DNA of 64,000 nucleotides, from assembly GCA_014905635.1 (NCBI GenBank), contig JABVCE010000016.1, forward strand, positions 620,001 through 684,000, in the 5' to 3' direction. This DNA comes from Scenedesmus sp. PABB004 (Eukaryota). Below are positions 32,408 through 44,433 of this stretch, piece by piece (position 1 is the first letter of the stretch; every line of letters starts with the position of its first letter). The notes beneath the pieces are model-generated. The model was not told where the DNA came from. It did not search any database and worked only from the letters and a program-made list of their open reading frames with translations. A program made the position numbers and the translations under genes.

Positions 32408-35171
32408 CGGTAGGGCTCGGCGCCGGCGCGGCCGTCGTACGGCTGCGGCGGCTGCTGCTGGCGCGCGTCGCGCCAGCCGCCGCCGTCCCAGCCGCCGCCG
32501 CCGCCGCCGCTCGGCTGCTGCGGCGGCTCGCCGGCGTGCAGGTCTGAGATGATGATGGGCGCCGGGCTCATCGGCGACGCGTCGGGGCTGATGGGCGAGC
32601 CGTCCCAGGGCTGCACGTCAAAGTCGTCGCTCACCGGGCTGCCCCTGGCGGCGCCCGGCGCGGGCGGCGCCGGCGGTGGCGCCCAGGCGCCGGCGCCGCG
32701 CGCGCCGCGGTCCCACGCGCCGCCGCGGTCCGCGTGGGGCTGCGCGGCCGCCGGCGGACGCGGCAGCTGGGGGGCCTGGTCGGCGCCGTCCAGGGCGTCC
32801 AGGTCGGAGATGAGCGGCGCGCCTGGCGGCGGGCTGCGCGGCAGCGGCGGCTGGCTGCCGGCCTCCCCGCTGCCCTCGCGCTGCTGCGCCTGGAGGCCGT
32901 GGGCGGGGCCCGCGTCGTCGCCCGGCCGCCCGGGCAACCCGCGCCCGCCGCGGGGCTTGGCGGGGCTGCGGCTGCGCGCGCGCCGGCCGCGCACGCCGCC
33001 CCAGGCGGGCGGCGGCGAGTCCGGGGCTGCCGCGCCCCGCGGCGGCGCCGAGCCGTCGTACGTGGGCGACCCGCGGCCGCCGCCGCGCTCCTGCGCCGGC
33101 CCCCCGGGCCAGCCAAAGCCGCCCCGGGCGAGGCCGTAGGGACGGGGCGGCGAGCCGCCGCGGAAGCCTGCGCGTGCGGCGGCGGGGCGGGACGGCGTCA
33201 GCGGAGCTGCGGCGGCCAGTGCACGCAGCAGCAGGCCGGGGACGAGTGCCAGCGTTGCGGCGCCGCCCGCAGCAGCCGCGCACCTGGCGGGCCGGGCCAG
33301 GGACCCTGCCCAGGGCCGCCGCCTGCTGCGGCGCGCTCACGCTCCTTCTCCCGCTCCCGCTCGCGCTCGCGCGCTGACAGCGGCAGCGGCAGCGGCCCGG
33401 GGCCGCGCGGCGGGTGCGGGCCGTCAGGCTCGCCGCCGGGCCAGAGCGGCGAGCGGCTGTGCGTGCCGTCGCGCTCGCCGCGCTCGCGCTCCCTCTCCCG
33501 CTCGCGCTCGCGCGCCGACAGCGGCAGCGGCCCGGGGCCGCCGCCGCCGCCGCCCGGCGGGCCCGCCCAGCCCTCGCGCGCACGCGGGCGCGGCGCCACC
33601 TCGCGGCCGCTCAGCGACGCGGGGCTGCCGTCGTCCCCGCCGCGCGTCGACTTGGCGAGGCTGGCGGTGCGCCAGCCCTGCGGGCCGTACGGCCCAGGCG
33701 ATGCCGAGCCGCTGCCGCCGCCCTCGCCCGCGCCCAGCGCCTCACGCAGCGCGCCCAGCGGCTCGTGCGGTGGCCGCTCCCGCTCGCGGCTGCCGCCGCG
33801 GCGCAGCGGCTCGCGCTCGCCGCCGGGCGGCGGCGGGCCGCCGCCGTCGCGCCGGCTCGCCACCAGGCGCTGCGCGATGCGCACGAGGAAGCCCTGCGGG
33901 TTGCGCAGCCGCGTGGCGCCCCCCAGGGCCTTGCCGAGCTCGTCCAGCGCATACGTGCCCTCGCCCTCGCTCAGGCCCTCCAGCGTGGACACGACCGCGG
34001 CGTCGGGCAGCGGCGGCGCGAGCAGCCCCACGTCGAGCATGAGCTGGAGCTGCCGCTTCACGCCGGGCGCGAGCGCGCTGTCGGCGACCCACGGCGGCAG
34101 CGGCGCGCCGCGCGGCGGCGGCGCGCCGCCGCCGTCGCCGCCGCCCCAGCCGCCGCGCCCGCCGCGCGGGCCGCCAAAGCCGCCGTGCGGGCCCATAGGC
34201 GGGCCGCCGGGGCCCCAGGGGCCCGCCGGCGGGCCGCCCGGCGCGCCGGGCGGGCCAGAGTAAGCGCGGCTGGTGCGGTAGATGGGGCCCGTGTGCGGCG
34301 AGCGGCTGCCGCGCCGGCTGCGCCGCCGCCCGCCGCCGCCGCTGCTGCTGCTGCTGCGCCGCCGCGCGCGGCGGCGCCGGCTGCCCGAGCGGCCGCTGCT
34401 GCTGCGGCTGCGCGAGCTGCTGCTCCGGCTGCGCGAGCTGCGGCGCCGGCTGCGCCCGCGGCTGCGGCTGCGGCTGCGGGACGAGCGGCTGCCCCCGCTC
34501 CTGCGCCGGCGCCTGCTCCTGCTCCTGGTCCGTCCGCGCGACCGGCTGCGGCTTCCGCTGCTGCGGCTCCGGCTGCTGCGCGACCGGCTGCGGCTGCGGC
34601 TGCCGCGGCCGCGGCCGCCGCCGGCCGCGGCGGCCGCGGCGGGCGCGCCGTTGGCCGCAGCTGCTTGCTGCGCCTGCTCCCCCTCGGCCGCGCCGGCCGG
34701 CGGCGGCGCGTCGCCGCCGCCACGAGACTTCTTGGCCGGCTGGCTGGCGCTGCGCCGCCGCGAGCGCCCACGCCGCCCACGGCGGCTGCGGCTGCGGCTG
34801 CGGCTGCGGCTGCGGCCACGGCTGCGGCTGCGGATCGAGCCGCTGCGGCTCCTGCTGCGCCGGCCGCGCCGCAGGCTGCCGCTGGGGCCGCGGGGGCCGT
34901 CGCGCTCGCGCTTGCGCGCCGCGCCGCCGCCCGGCAGCGCGCCCGGGGCGAGCCCCCCGAGCGCGGGGTGCAGCATGCCCGCGAGCGCCGTCGCGGGCGA
35001 GAGCGCCGCCGCGCCAAAGGGCACGCCCACGGGCGGGCCTGCGGCGGCGGCGCCGTTGGCCAGCGCCGCCGCCGCGGCGCGCGCCGCGGCCGCCGCGGCC
35101 GCGATCGACGCCGCCACGTCGGGCGGGCACGGCGGGGCTCCGCCCTCGGGCGCCCTGGGCGCCTCCGCCAT
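31784..35171 (-). CDS. RS-rich nuclear RNA-processing protein with hnRNP-Q-acidic-like helical domain and C-terminal SRI-like (SCAF11/PHRF1-type) domain
   Basis: Long RS tracts. Middle segment DAAVVSTLEGLSEGEGTYALDELG...RLRNPQGFLVRIA. C-terminus LAVTEAIKEMLKPVWKSGRLTRE|AFKAVAKKATDKV...YLNEPRRLKIRALVDGYVAKY. Domain names are assigned from motif recall. Confidence 0.78.
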
Positions 35172-35698
35172 GGGTGCGCGGCGCCTGCGGGGCGGCGCGG
35201 CGCGCGGAGCAGCGGCGGCGCTCGCGTCGGTCCGCGCCGCGCGCGCGCGCGGGGGCGCTGCGCTGCCTGAGCTGCCGGCCACGTCTGCCCCATGCCGCCC
35301 CCACGCGGCGGCCGGGGGGAGCTGGCGACCGCGGCCCGCCCGGGGGCGAGGGAGCGGGGAGAGCTGATGCAGCGGCCGCGACCGGCAGCCGCAGCGCGCG
35401 CCGCGGCCTCGCCGCACCGCTGGTGGTCGGACGCGCCCTAACTGGCGCGCTCCCCGCGGTCACGCCCCAAGCATGCCCAGGCGCCTCGTTTCCGCGCTTG
35501 GCGCGCGGTGATGGCGCGCCGCTCCCGCGCTCGTCCCCGGCGCGGCGATCGGGCTCCACCGCGCCCAAGGCAGCGCACCCCGCGCACGTCGAGGCGCAGG
35601 CGCTCTCGACCTGCTGGGAGCAGCGGAGCAGGCGGTCAAGTTCTCCTTGCGGGCGCTGGGCGCAGCACCCCTGGCGGCGGGCGCACACGCTCGTCGGG

Positions 35699-35997
35699 AT
35701 GCAGCCGTCGCGCCTGGAGCTGGGGCGGGCCAGCGGCCCCGCGCCCGCGCGCCTCGGCGCGCTGGGCCGGCTGGCGGCCCCGCTCAACGTCGCCCGCGCA
35801 CCTGGCGGTGACCTGCGGGCCCTGGGGCGCCCGGCGGCCCTGCGCCGCTGTGGCGGCGTCGGCGGCGGCGTCGGCGGCAGCGCCGGCGGCAGCGGCGCGC
35901 CGCGCGGCGCGCCGGCGCGCCGGGGCGTCGCCTGCGCCGCCGCGCGGCACACGCGGCTGGGCGACGGCCTCACCGCCCTGCAGCTGGGGCCGCCGGC

Positions 35998-36054
<57 letters not shown>

Positions 36055-38028
36055 GCGCGCGTTCGTGGTCGGCGTGCCGCCCGGCGGCGGCGCCGGCGCC
36101 GCGGCTCCGCTGGAGCGGCTGCTGTCGCTGCTAGACGAGCAGCGCCGCACGCAGGTGCCGCAGGCGCCGCTGCCGGAGCTGCTGCTGCTGCTGCTGGGCG
36201 CGGGCGCCGGCGGCGAGCCGGGCGACGGCGACGACGGCGCGGCGCAGCAGTGCGCACGGGTCGCAGCGAGCTTCGGCCTGCGCCTGCAGGTGGCACCGCA
36301 GCCGGCGGCCGCCGCCGGGCCACCAGCGGCGGCGCCGGACGGGGGCGCCGCCGCCGGAGCCGGCCCGGCGGGCGCGGACGCCGGCCCCGGCGGCAGCGCC
36401 GCGCCGCCGCTGCTGTTCGGCCTGGGCCGGGCCGGCCGCGCCGCGGCGGCCGCGCTGCTGGGCGCTGTGGAGGGCGCCACAGCCGCGGCGGGCGCGGCCA
36501 TCGCGGCGGTTGAGACGCGCGGCGTGGACGTGCACGCCGACCTGCCGGACGCGCAGCTCCGGCTGAGGTGCGCGGCGCGGCGGCGGCGCCCCAGCAGGCG
36601 CGCGCTGCGCGGGCGCGCGCCCACCCCGCCGCCGCCGCGACCGCGACCGCAGGCGCACCGTGGGCTGGAGCACCCCCGAGCAGAACCTGGCCAGCTGGCA
36701 GGCGGCGTTCAGCTTCTGTGCCGTGCTGGCGCAGCTGCGGGCGGCCGGGTACGAGGTGGTGCTCAGCATGGGGGACGACGCTGGCAGCGGCAGTGGCAGC
36801 GACGACGACGAGGACGGCGAGGACGAGGAGGGTGAGGAGGACGAGGAGGGCGAGGACGACGAGGACGAGGACGAGGAGGCCGCGGCCAGCAGCGACGAGG
36901 GCAGCAGCGGCGACGGCCCGCAGGCGGCGCGGCGCGCGGACCCGCGCGACGGCGGCAGGCGCGGCCGCGGCCGCGGCTGCGACAGCGGCAGCGGCAGCGG
37001 CAGCGACGACGTGGACGAGGTGGCCATGATCGTGCTGCGGGCCGACGACGGCTCTGAGCAGTCGCTCAAGCTCACGCGGGAGCCCAACGGCGACCTGCAG
37101 GTGTCCGGCGACGACGGCAGCGCCGGCGGCGGCAGCAGCGGCCGCGCCGGCGGCGCCGGCACCAGCAGCGACGAGGGTGGCGGCAGCGGCAATCGCAGCG
37201 GCAGCAGCAGCAGCAGCGGCAGCGGCAATCGCAGCGCCGCCGGTGCTGGCCCCGGCGCGTCGCAGGCGGTCAGAGCGGTGGAGCAGGCGATGGCGCTGGA
37301 GTTTCAGTTTTGGGACGGCGACGGCAGCGCCTGGTTTAGGGAGCCGGCGGCTGCCGAGCGCGAGGGGGGCGGCAGCGGCGGTGCCAGCAGCAGCGGCGAG
37401 CTGGGCCGGGACGCGCGCCCAGCAGAGGACCGGCAGGAGGGCGGCAGCGGCGCTGCGAGCGGCGAGCCTGGGAGCAGCCCAGGCGGCGGCGCGGCGTCCG
37501 AGGCTGCCGCTGATGTCAGCGGCAGCGCGGGCGGCGGCGAGGCCGAGCGCCCGGCGCGCAGCGCGGGTGGCAGCCGCGACAGCCAGGACGACGACGCGGA
37601 GCGCTGGGTGGGCGACACCAAGCAGCCAGCGGTGCTGGCTGCGTTCCTGCAGCTCGAACGCACCTGGAAGCGCACCGGCGCCGGAAGCGGCCGCCCGCGC
37701 CGCACCGGCGCCGCTGGCGCCGGCGTGGAGCCGCCCGATGGCGAGCCGCTGCCCGAGCTGCTGCCCAGGCCGGTGCGGCCGCCGCAGGCCGGCGACGCTG
37801 CGGCGCCGAGCAGCACCGAGGCCAGCAGCACCAACAGCAGCAGCAACGCAGCGGCCGCCGAGGCTGTTGGCGAGGGCGCCGCTGCCAGCGGCGCCGCCGG
37901 CGAGCAGCAGTCAGGGCGGGAGCAGGCGCCGCCGCCGCCGCCGCCGCCGCAGCAGCAGCAGCAGCAGGAGGAGGAGCAGCAGGCGGAGCAGCAGGCGGAG
38001 CAGCAGCAGCAGCAGGCGGAGCAGCAGC

Positions 38029-38061
<33 letters not shown>

Positions 38062-39481
38062 CACAGCCGGCGCAGGAGCAGGCGCCGCAGGCATCGCAGG
38101 CGCAGAAGGAGGGGCGGCAGCAGCCGCCCGGCGCGGCGCGCCAGCTCTACCAGGCCGGCCGCGACGCGCTCGCCGCGGCCGTGGGCGCCAGCGGCGCCGC
38201 CTCCGACTCTGAGTCGGAGGAGCACGGCGAGGCGGAGTACGCCGAGGCGCTCGCGGAGCTGTTTGAAAAGTTTGAGCGACAGCTCGAGGCCGCGGGGCTC
38301 GAGCTGGGCGAGGAGGAGCGCATGCACCTCTTCACTGAGCTCTACTCAGACGCCATGGCCAGCTCCGACAGCGACGACGACGACGGCGACGGCGACAGTG
38401 ACGACGACGACGACGAGGCCGGCGCCGCCGCGCCGCTCGTGCGCAGCGCGCGCGGCGGCGGCGCGCGCGGCGGCGCGCGCGGCGGCGGCGAGGGCGGTGG
38501 CGCGTTCGCGGGGCCCGGCTGGGAGCAGCTGTCGCGGCTCATCAGCCCCGAGCAGCTCGCGCGCCTGCCCGACCTGCTCACCGGCGGCGGCATCCGCATG
38601 CGCGAGCTCGACCCCATCCAGGTGCAGCTGCTGCTCTCGGCGCTCACGAGCCTGCAGCAGGTGCGGCGGCGCCGGCGCGCGCGCCCGCGCGCGGGCTCGG
38701 GCGGCGGGCTCGCGCGCCGCCCCCGCGCGCCCGCTGGCGCGCGCGCCCGCCGACGTGCGGCGCCGCCGCCGCTGCGCCGGCCTCCTCGCGCGCAGGGCGA
38801 GCCGCTGTCCAGCCTGGAGATCTCGGTGCTGCTGCGCATGCTGAACGAGGCGGAGGCCACGCCGGGCGGCGAGGAGGTGGACCTGGACAGGACGCTGCGG
38901 CGGCGCGCGCGCGCGCGATGCGCCGCTCGCGCCCGCCGCCGCGCGGCGGCGGCCGGCGCGGCGGCGCCGCCGGCGCCGGCGGCGGGGCGGGCGTGAGCGC
39001 GCGGGACCGCGCCTACCCGCAGGACCTGCGCAGCGTGCGCGTGCCCAAGCCCGCCGCGGCGCTGCGCGGCGAGCGCGCGCGCGCGCTGCTGCGCGCGTGG
39101 CGGCTCCGCCGCGCGGCGGCGGCGGGCGAGCTCGCCGCGCGGCAGGCGCTGCAGGAGGCGCGGTCGGCGCTGCGCGCGAGCCTCGCGGCCGAGGCGGCGG
39201 CGGGCGGCCGAGCCGGCGCGCGCGGCGGCGGGGGCGCCAGCTGGCGCGGCACGCTGGCCCGGGTCAAGGGCGCGCTGCGCAGGGCGGACGAGGGCGCGGA
39301 CGAGGCGCGGCAGCTGCCGTCGCTGCAGGAGCAGCGGGCGGGCGCGCTGGTCGCGCAGCTGCGGGCCGCCGCCACGCTCGCGGACGGGCGGGCGGTGGTG
39401 GTGGCGCTGGTGCCGCTGGAGGAGCTCCCGGCGGTGGAGGCGGCGTGGGACGCGCTCGGCGGCGGCGACGGCGCGTCGTGA
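35699..39481 (+). CDS. Large acidic/low-complexity protein, possibly degenerate TraB/PrgY-like and organelle-targeted
   Basis: Long coding-like exons with polyQ and acidic tracts. The end, AAALRGERARALL...VVVALVPLEELPAVEAAW, resembles the TraB C-terminus (ER..., VVAVVG..HL..I...W) without the His. The product call is weak. Confidence 0.55.
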
Positions 39482-39869
39482 CGCGGGGCGCGACGGCTGA
39501 GCCGCTGGAAACCCTGCCACCTGGCCCCGCCCGCGCGGCCCGGAGCTGTCAGAGCTGCCCCGCACCAGCGTGCGATGCTCGGTGGAACACACGCACACAC
39601 ACAGCCGGATCCGGCCGCGCCGCGCCGCGCCACTGCCGCTGCCGCTGCTTGGTCGTTGCCCAGCCGCGCTCCGCCCTGGGTGGGAGGTCGGTGCAGCTCA
39701 GGGCTGGACGCCCAGGCCGCAGGAGCAGCAGCAGCAGCAGCGCCAGCGTGGCGCGGCACGGCACCAGCGCGGCCAGGCGCACGGGCGCCGCTGCGGTTGC
39801 CGGGACCTCAGCCAGCAGGGCCCACGGGCTCTGACTCCCCTGAATTCGCTGACTTGCACTTGCCAGGCC

Positions 39870-40877
39870 ATGCGGCGGCTGGCGGCAGCGGTGCTGCTCG
39901 CCGCAGTCGCAACCGCCGCGGCGGCGCAAGCACCGGGCGCGGAGGACCCCTGCGCGCAGCCCTACCCCCGAGTGCCGATGGGCTGGCGCCCCCGCGGGGG
40001 CGCCAAGTTGCTCGCGCTGACGTTCGACGACGGCCCGGACGCGCGGGGCCTGCCCGCCGTGCTGGACGTGCTGCGGCAGCACGGCGTGCACGGCGCGTTC
40101 TTCGTCAACACGCCCTCCGCCTCGCCCTGGCTCGGCGCGTTTGCGTCGCCGGGCAACCAGGCCGCGCTGCGCCGCCTGCTGGCCGAGGGGCACGAGCTCG
40201 GCTCCCACGCGGCGCAGCACGTGCCGCTGAGCAACCTCACCGCGGCCGCCGCCGCCGAACAGCTCGCGTGGGCGGCCGGCAACATCACCGCCGTGACCGG
40301 CCGGGCGGCCGTGCCGGTGCGCGCGCGCGCGCGCGCTGCGGTGGTCGCCGGCGCGGCGCGGCGCGGCGTGGCGCGGCACGGCGGGCGGGCCGGCCCGCCC
40401 GACGCGCTGCCGCCGGCGCCGGCGCCTCTGCCGCGCGCGCAGCTCTTCCGCGCGCCGTATGGGGACGGCTTCTGGGGCGACGGCCCGGCGTCGGCGCGGC
40501 TCGCGGCGCTGTGGAACGCGACGCGGCGGCGGCACGTGCACATCGGGTGGACGTTCAGCGGCGCTGATTACGCGCTCGGGGGCGGCCGCCCGGGCTGCGC
40601 CGACGCGCTCGTCGCCGCGCTGGGCCCGCCGGTCGTCGCGAGCGGCGGCGGCGGCGTCGTGCTCATGCACAGCACGCCCAACGCGGTCGGCGGCTGCCCC
40701 GCCGCGCTCGACCGGCTCGTGCGCCTCTGGCGGGGCGCCGGCTACGCGTTCGTGCCGCTGGCGCGGGTCGTGGAAGACGTGTACGGCGCGCCGCCCGAGG
40801 CGGTGCTCGCGGACGTCGCCGCGCGCTGCCCGGGCGGCCCGAGCGGCGCGGCGCGGCGCGCGGCGGCGGCGGGCTAG
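39870..40877 (+). CDS. Secreted polysaccharide deacetylase (CE4, NodB homology; chitin/peptidoglycan deacetylase-like)
   Basis: Signal peptide MRRLAAAVLLAAVATAAAA. CE4 motifs ALTFDDGP, HELGSHAAQH, FRAPYG and VLMH. One in-frame intron at about 40317-40442. Confidence 0.93.
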   Translation: MRRLAAAVLLAAVATAAAAQAPGAEDPCAQPYPRVPMGWRPRGGAKLLALTFDDGPDARGLPAVLDVLRQHGVHGAFFVNTPSASPWLGAFASPGNQAALRRLLAEGHELGSHAAQHVPLSNLTAAAAAEQLAWAAGNITAVTGRAAVPVRARARAAVVAGAARRGVARHGGRAGPPDALPPAPAPLPRAQLFRAPYGDGFWGDGPASARLAALWNATRRRHVHIGWTFSGADYALGGGRPGCADALVAALGPPVVASGGGGVVLMHSTPNAVGGCPAALDRLVRLWRGAGYAFVPLARVVEDVYGAPPEAVLADVAARCPGGPSGAARRAAAAG

Positions 40878-41156
40878 GCGGGCGGGCGGCGGCGGCGGCG
40901 GCGGGCGGGCGGCGGCGGCGCGGCGGCGGGCTCACGCCGGCTGCGCGTCGTCGTGCCGGCGGGGTGCAGCGTCGGCGCTGGGCCCTGCCCGCCGCTGCTG
41001 CCGCCGCTGCCGGGGGGAACTGCCACGGTCCCCCGCCCCCACAAGAGACAGAGCTCCGCCGCAAGCGCGGGATCCTGCGTCCGCGCCCGAGCTGCCCCAG
41101 CAGCAGTTGGCGATCTCTGCAGCACCGGCCGCGCTGCAGCTGCCCACGCGTTCGCC

Positions 41157-42103
41157 ATGATCCTCTCGCAGCCCTCCCGCCTCGGCGTGGCCAGCCCTGC
41201 CGCCCAGGCTCGCCGGGCGGGGCCGATGCTGCGTGCGCCCCACCGGCCCCTCCACGCCGGCCCCGCATTCGGGGCCCCCGCCGCTCCCGTGGACGCGGCC
41301 CGTCGCGCTCGCCACACAGCGTGTGCTGCGGCGCCGGACGGCGCGGCCGCGGCGACGACCGCGACCGCCGCCGCGCCCGCCGCTGCCGCCGCCGCGCCGG
41401 CGGGCGCGGCGCTGCTGGAGGTCACCGCGGAGACCTGGCAGGCTGAGGTGCTGGACGCCTCGGCCAAGCAGCTCGTGGTGGTCGATTTTTATACAACATG
41501 GTGCGTCCGCGGGCGCGGCGGGCACACATGCCGCTCCCAGCGGCGCGCGCGTGCCGCAGCGCCGAGGCGGCGGGCGCCGACGGCGGCCCGCCCCCCCCCC
41601 CCCCCGTGGCGGCCCGGCGCAGGTGCGGGCCCTGCAAGGTCATCCTGCCGGAGCTGGTCAAGCTGTCGGCGGAGCTCGAGCCCGCGGGTGCGCGCCCGCG
41701 GCGGGCCCGCGGGCGCGGGCGAGTCCGCGCCCCGCCGCCCGCCCCTCACCCCGCCGCGTCGCGCCGCGCCGCTGCCGCCAGCGCGCATCGTGAAGCTCAA
41801 CTGCAACCAGGAGAACAAGGAGCTCGCCAAGTCCCTTGGGATCAAGGTCCGCTGCCGCACCTATCCTCCCTTGCAGCCGCCGGCCGCCGCGCGCCGGCCG
41901 GCCCCGCGCGGCGCGGCGGGAGGGCGCCCCGCCGCGCCCGCGGCCGCCGTCCGGCCCCACCCACCCCGCCGCCCCGCGCCGCGCCGCTTCAGGTCGCGCC
42001 GACGTTCCACTTGTACCGCAACGGCGCCAAGGTCGCCGACATGACCGGCGCCAAGGTGGACAAGCTGCGCGCGCTCATCGACGAGCACCTCAACCAGAAC
42101 TGA
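41157..42103 (+). CDS. TRXf: Chloroplast thioredoxin, f-type
   Basis: Transit peptide, then VVVDFYTTW|CGPCK (WCGPC split by an intron) and KLNCNQENKELAKSLGIK|VAPTF with the extra Cys typical of Trx-f. Confidence 0.9.
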
Positions 42104-42877
42104 CGCCCCCACCGGGGCTGTGTGCGTCATTCAGGCGTACGCGTCAGGCGCAGCGCGCGAGCCCTGCTCGAGCGGGGGCGCGGAGGGCCGCGCCGCCGGC
42201 GGCGGCGCGCGGAGAACCACACGCCGGCCGGCGCCTGCTGCGCGGCCGGGGCGCACGAGGGCTGTGTGAGGGCACTGGCCGCGCGGGAGGGGGCGCGCCG
42301 AGCGCGGCGAGGAGCGGAGCGCGCAGCACGTCCAGCACGGCGCGCGAGGGAGCACTGACGGCCACGCCGGCGTGGCGGCACCTGGGTTTGCGCTTCACCT
42401 GCACTGCATCGGCCGCGGGGGCGCGCTGCGGCCGCTCTCGATAAGAAGGACGGCGAGGGCGGCCGAGAGGGAGGGAGAGGGAGGGAGAGGGAGGCGCTGG
42501 CTTGCGCTCTGTAGCTTAATGCGCGCGCGCTGCGCGCACGCTTGGCGCCGTTGCGGCGCGGTTTTGAGGCGCGGCGGCGGGCGCGCTGTACCTTCAAGCT
42601 CAACGGCGGCGGGCGGCAACTCGCCGTAACAGTAACGGCCATGTAGATGCAGGGGAGAGCGGTATGCTGTGCTAGGGAGGGAGATCACGACGACGACAGT
42701 GCAACGGCAGTGCGCTCGCTCGAGTGCCAGCTCAGCTCAAACCATGTGCCCGACATGCCGCCGCTCGCGCCGAGGCGCGCACTGTGCACGCTCTACACGC
42801 ACGCGCCCAGCGCTGGGCGCTTGCCAGCCAGCCAGCTGCACAGAATCCCAAAGCCACGGCCAAGCCCCAGGCCCGGC

Positions 42878-44399
42878 TCACAGCGCGAGCGCCGCGAGGC
42901 CCGCGCCCGCGAGGCCCGCCAGCAGCGCGCGCGCCGCGCCGGCACCGCCGGCGCGGGCGCCGCCGCCGTTGCGCGTGCCGGCGGCCGCGCCGGCGGCCGC
43001 GTCGGGGCACGCCGTCGCGGCCTCGCAGCGCGCGCCGGGGTCGCTGACCGCGCGCAGCTCGCCGGTGGCGCAGTCGCGGTAGGCGTTGGGGCAGATGCGG
43101 GCGGGCGCGGCGCGCTCGCACGCGCCCGGCGCGCCCGCGCCGCTCGGCAGCGCCGTGCACAAGTCGGCGCCGACGGCGGGCAGGCCGTTGGCGTCGGGCG
43201 CCGCGGGCAGGCGGCGCAGCCACGCGGGCGCCGCGGCGCCGCCCGCCGGCAGCGCGGCCGGCGTGATGGCGGCAACAAAGTCCGCCAGGACCTGCGGCGG
43301 GGGAGGGGGGTGGGGTGTCGGCGCGCCGCCGCCGTGACGCCGGCCGGGCACGCGGCGCAGCGCGCGCGCCCGCGCACCAGGTCGGGCCGCGCCACGCTGC
43401 CCTCGAACCAGTCCGACGCGGCGGAGCCGTCGGCGGCCGGCGCCGCGAGGCGGCCGTTGAAGGACCACACCTGCCCCGCCGCGACGGCGGGGATGGACGC
43501 CGCCTCGGCGGCGGAGAGGCCGTACGCCGTCCGGAACGCGGGCAGGTCGGCGAGGTTGGAGCTGCGCGGGGCGTACGAGTCATCAAAGAGCACGTCAACC
43601 TGCGCGGTGGCGGTGGCGAAGGCCGGCGACGGCGGCGCGGAGGCGCGCGGGCGGGCAGCGGCGACAGGCGGGCGGGCGGGCGCGTCAGCGGCGCCGGTCG
43701 GCGGCGCGGCGCGGCCCCCAGCTGCGCGCGGCCGCGCCGCCGCGGCGCCGCGCGCGCACCTGGCCCAGCAGCTTGACGAGCGCGGCGCGCTGCGCGGGCG
43801 CCGAGGCGTTGAACGCGTAGCTCCGCGTCGAGTAGGCGCCACGCACCTCCTCGCCGCCCGCCGCGGCCGCGTCGGCGGCGGGCAGCACGGCGCCGCCGGC
43901 GTCCTGCGGCGCGGCGCGGCGCGGCGCGGCGCGCTCGCGGCCCGGCCCCGCCCCGCACTGCGCTGCGCTCGGCCCGGGCCGCGCGCAGCTCGGCTGCGCT
44001 CGGCTCAGCCCGGCTGCGCTCAGCTCGGCTCGGCTGCGCTCAGCTCAGCTCAGCTCAGCTCGGCTCACCGTCATGAGCTCGACCTTGTACGGCGAGTAGT
44101 CGACGCTCACGCTGTCGCCCTGCTTGCTCAGCCACGCGACGGTGCGGCGCCGCGCCGCGCCGGCGCCCTCGCCGCCGCCCGCGCGCCGCGCGGCGGACGC
44201 GAGCGCGTCGTAGTCGCGCGCGACGGCGCTGAACAGCGCCTCCGCCTCAACCTCCTTGTTGAAAAACAGGGCCACGTACTTCACCCACTCGGCGCGGTTC
44301 AGCGCGCCGGGGTCGGCAAACGCGCTGCGGCGGCGGCGGCGGCGGCGGCGGCGCGGGCGCGCGGGGCGCGCGGCTCGGGCGCCCCCGGCGGCAGCCGCA

Positions 44400-44433
<34 letters not shown>

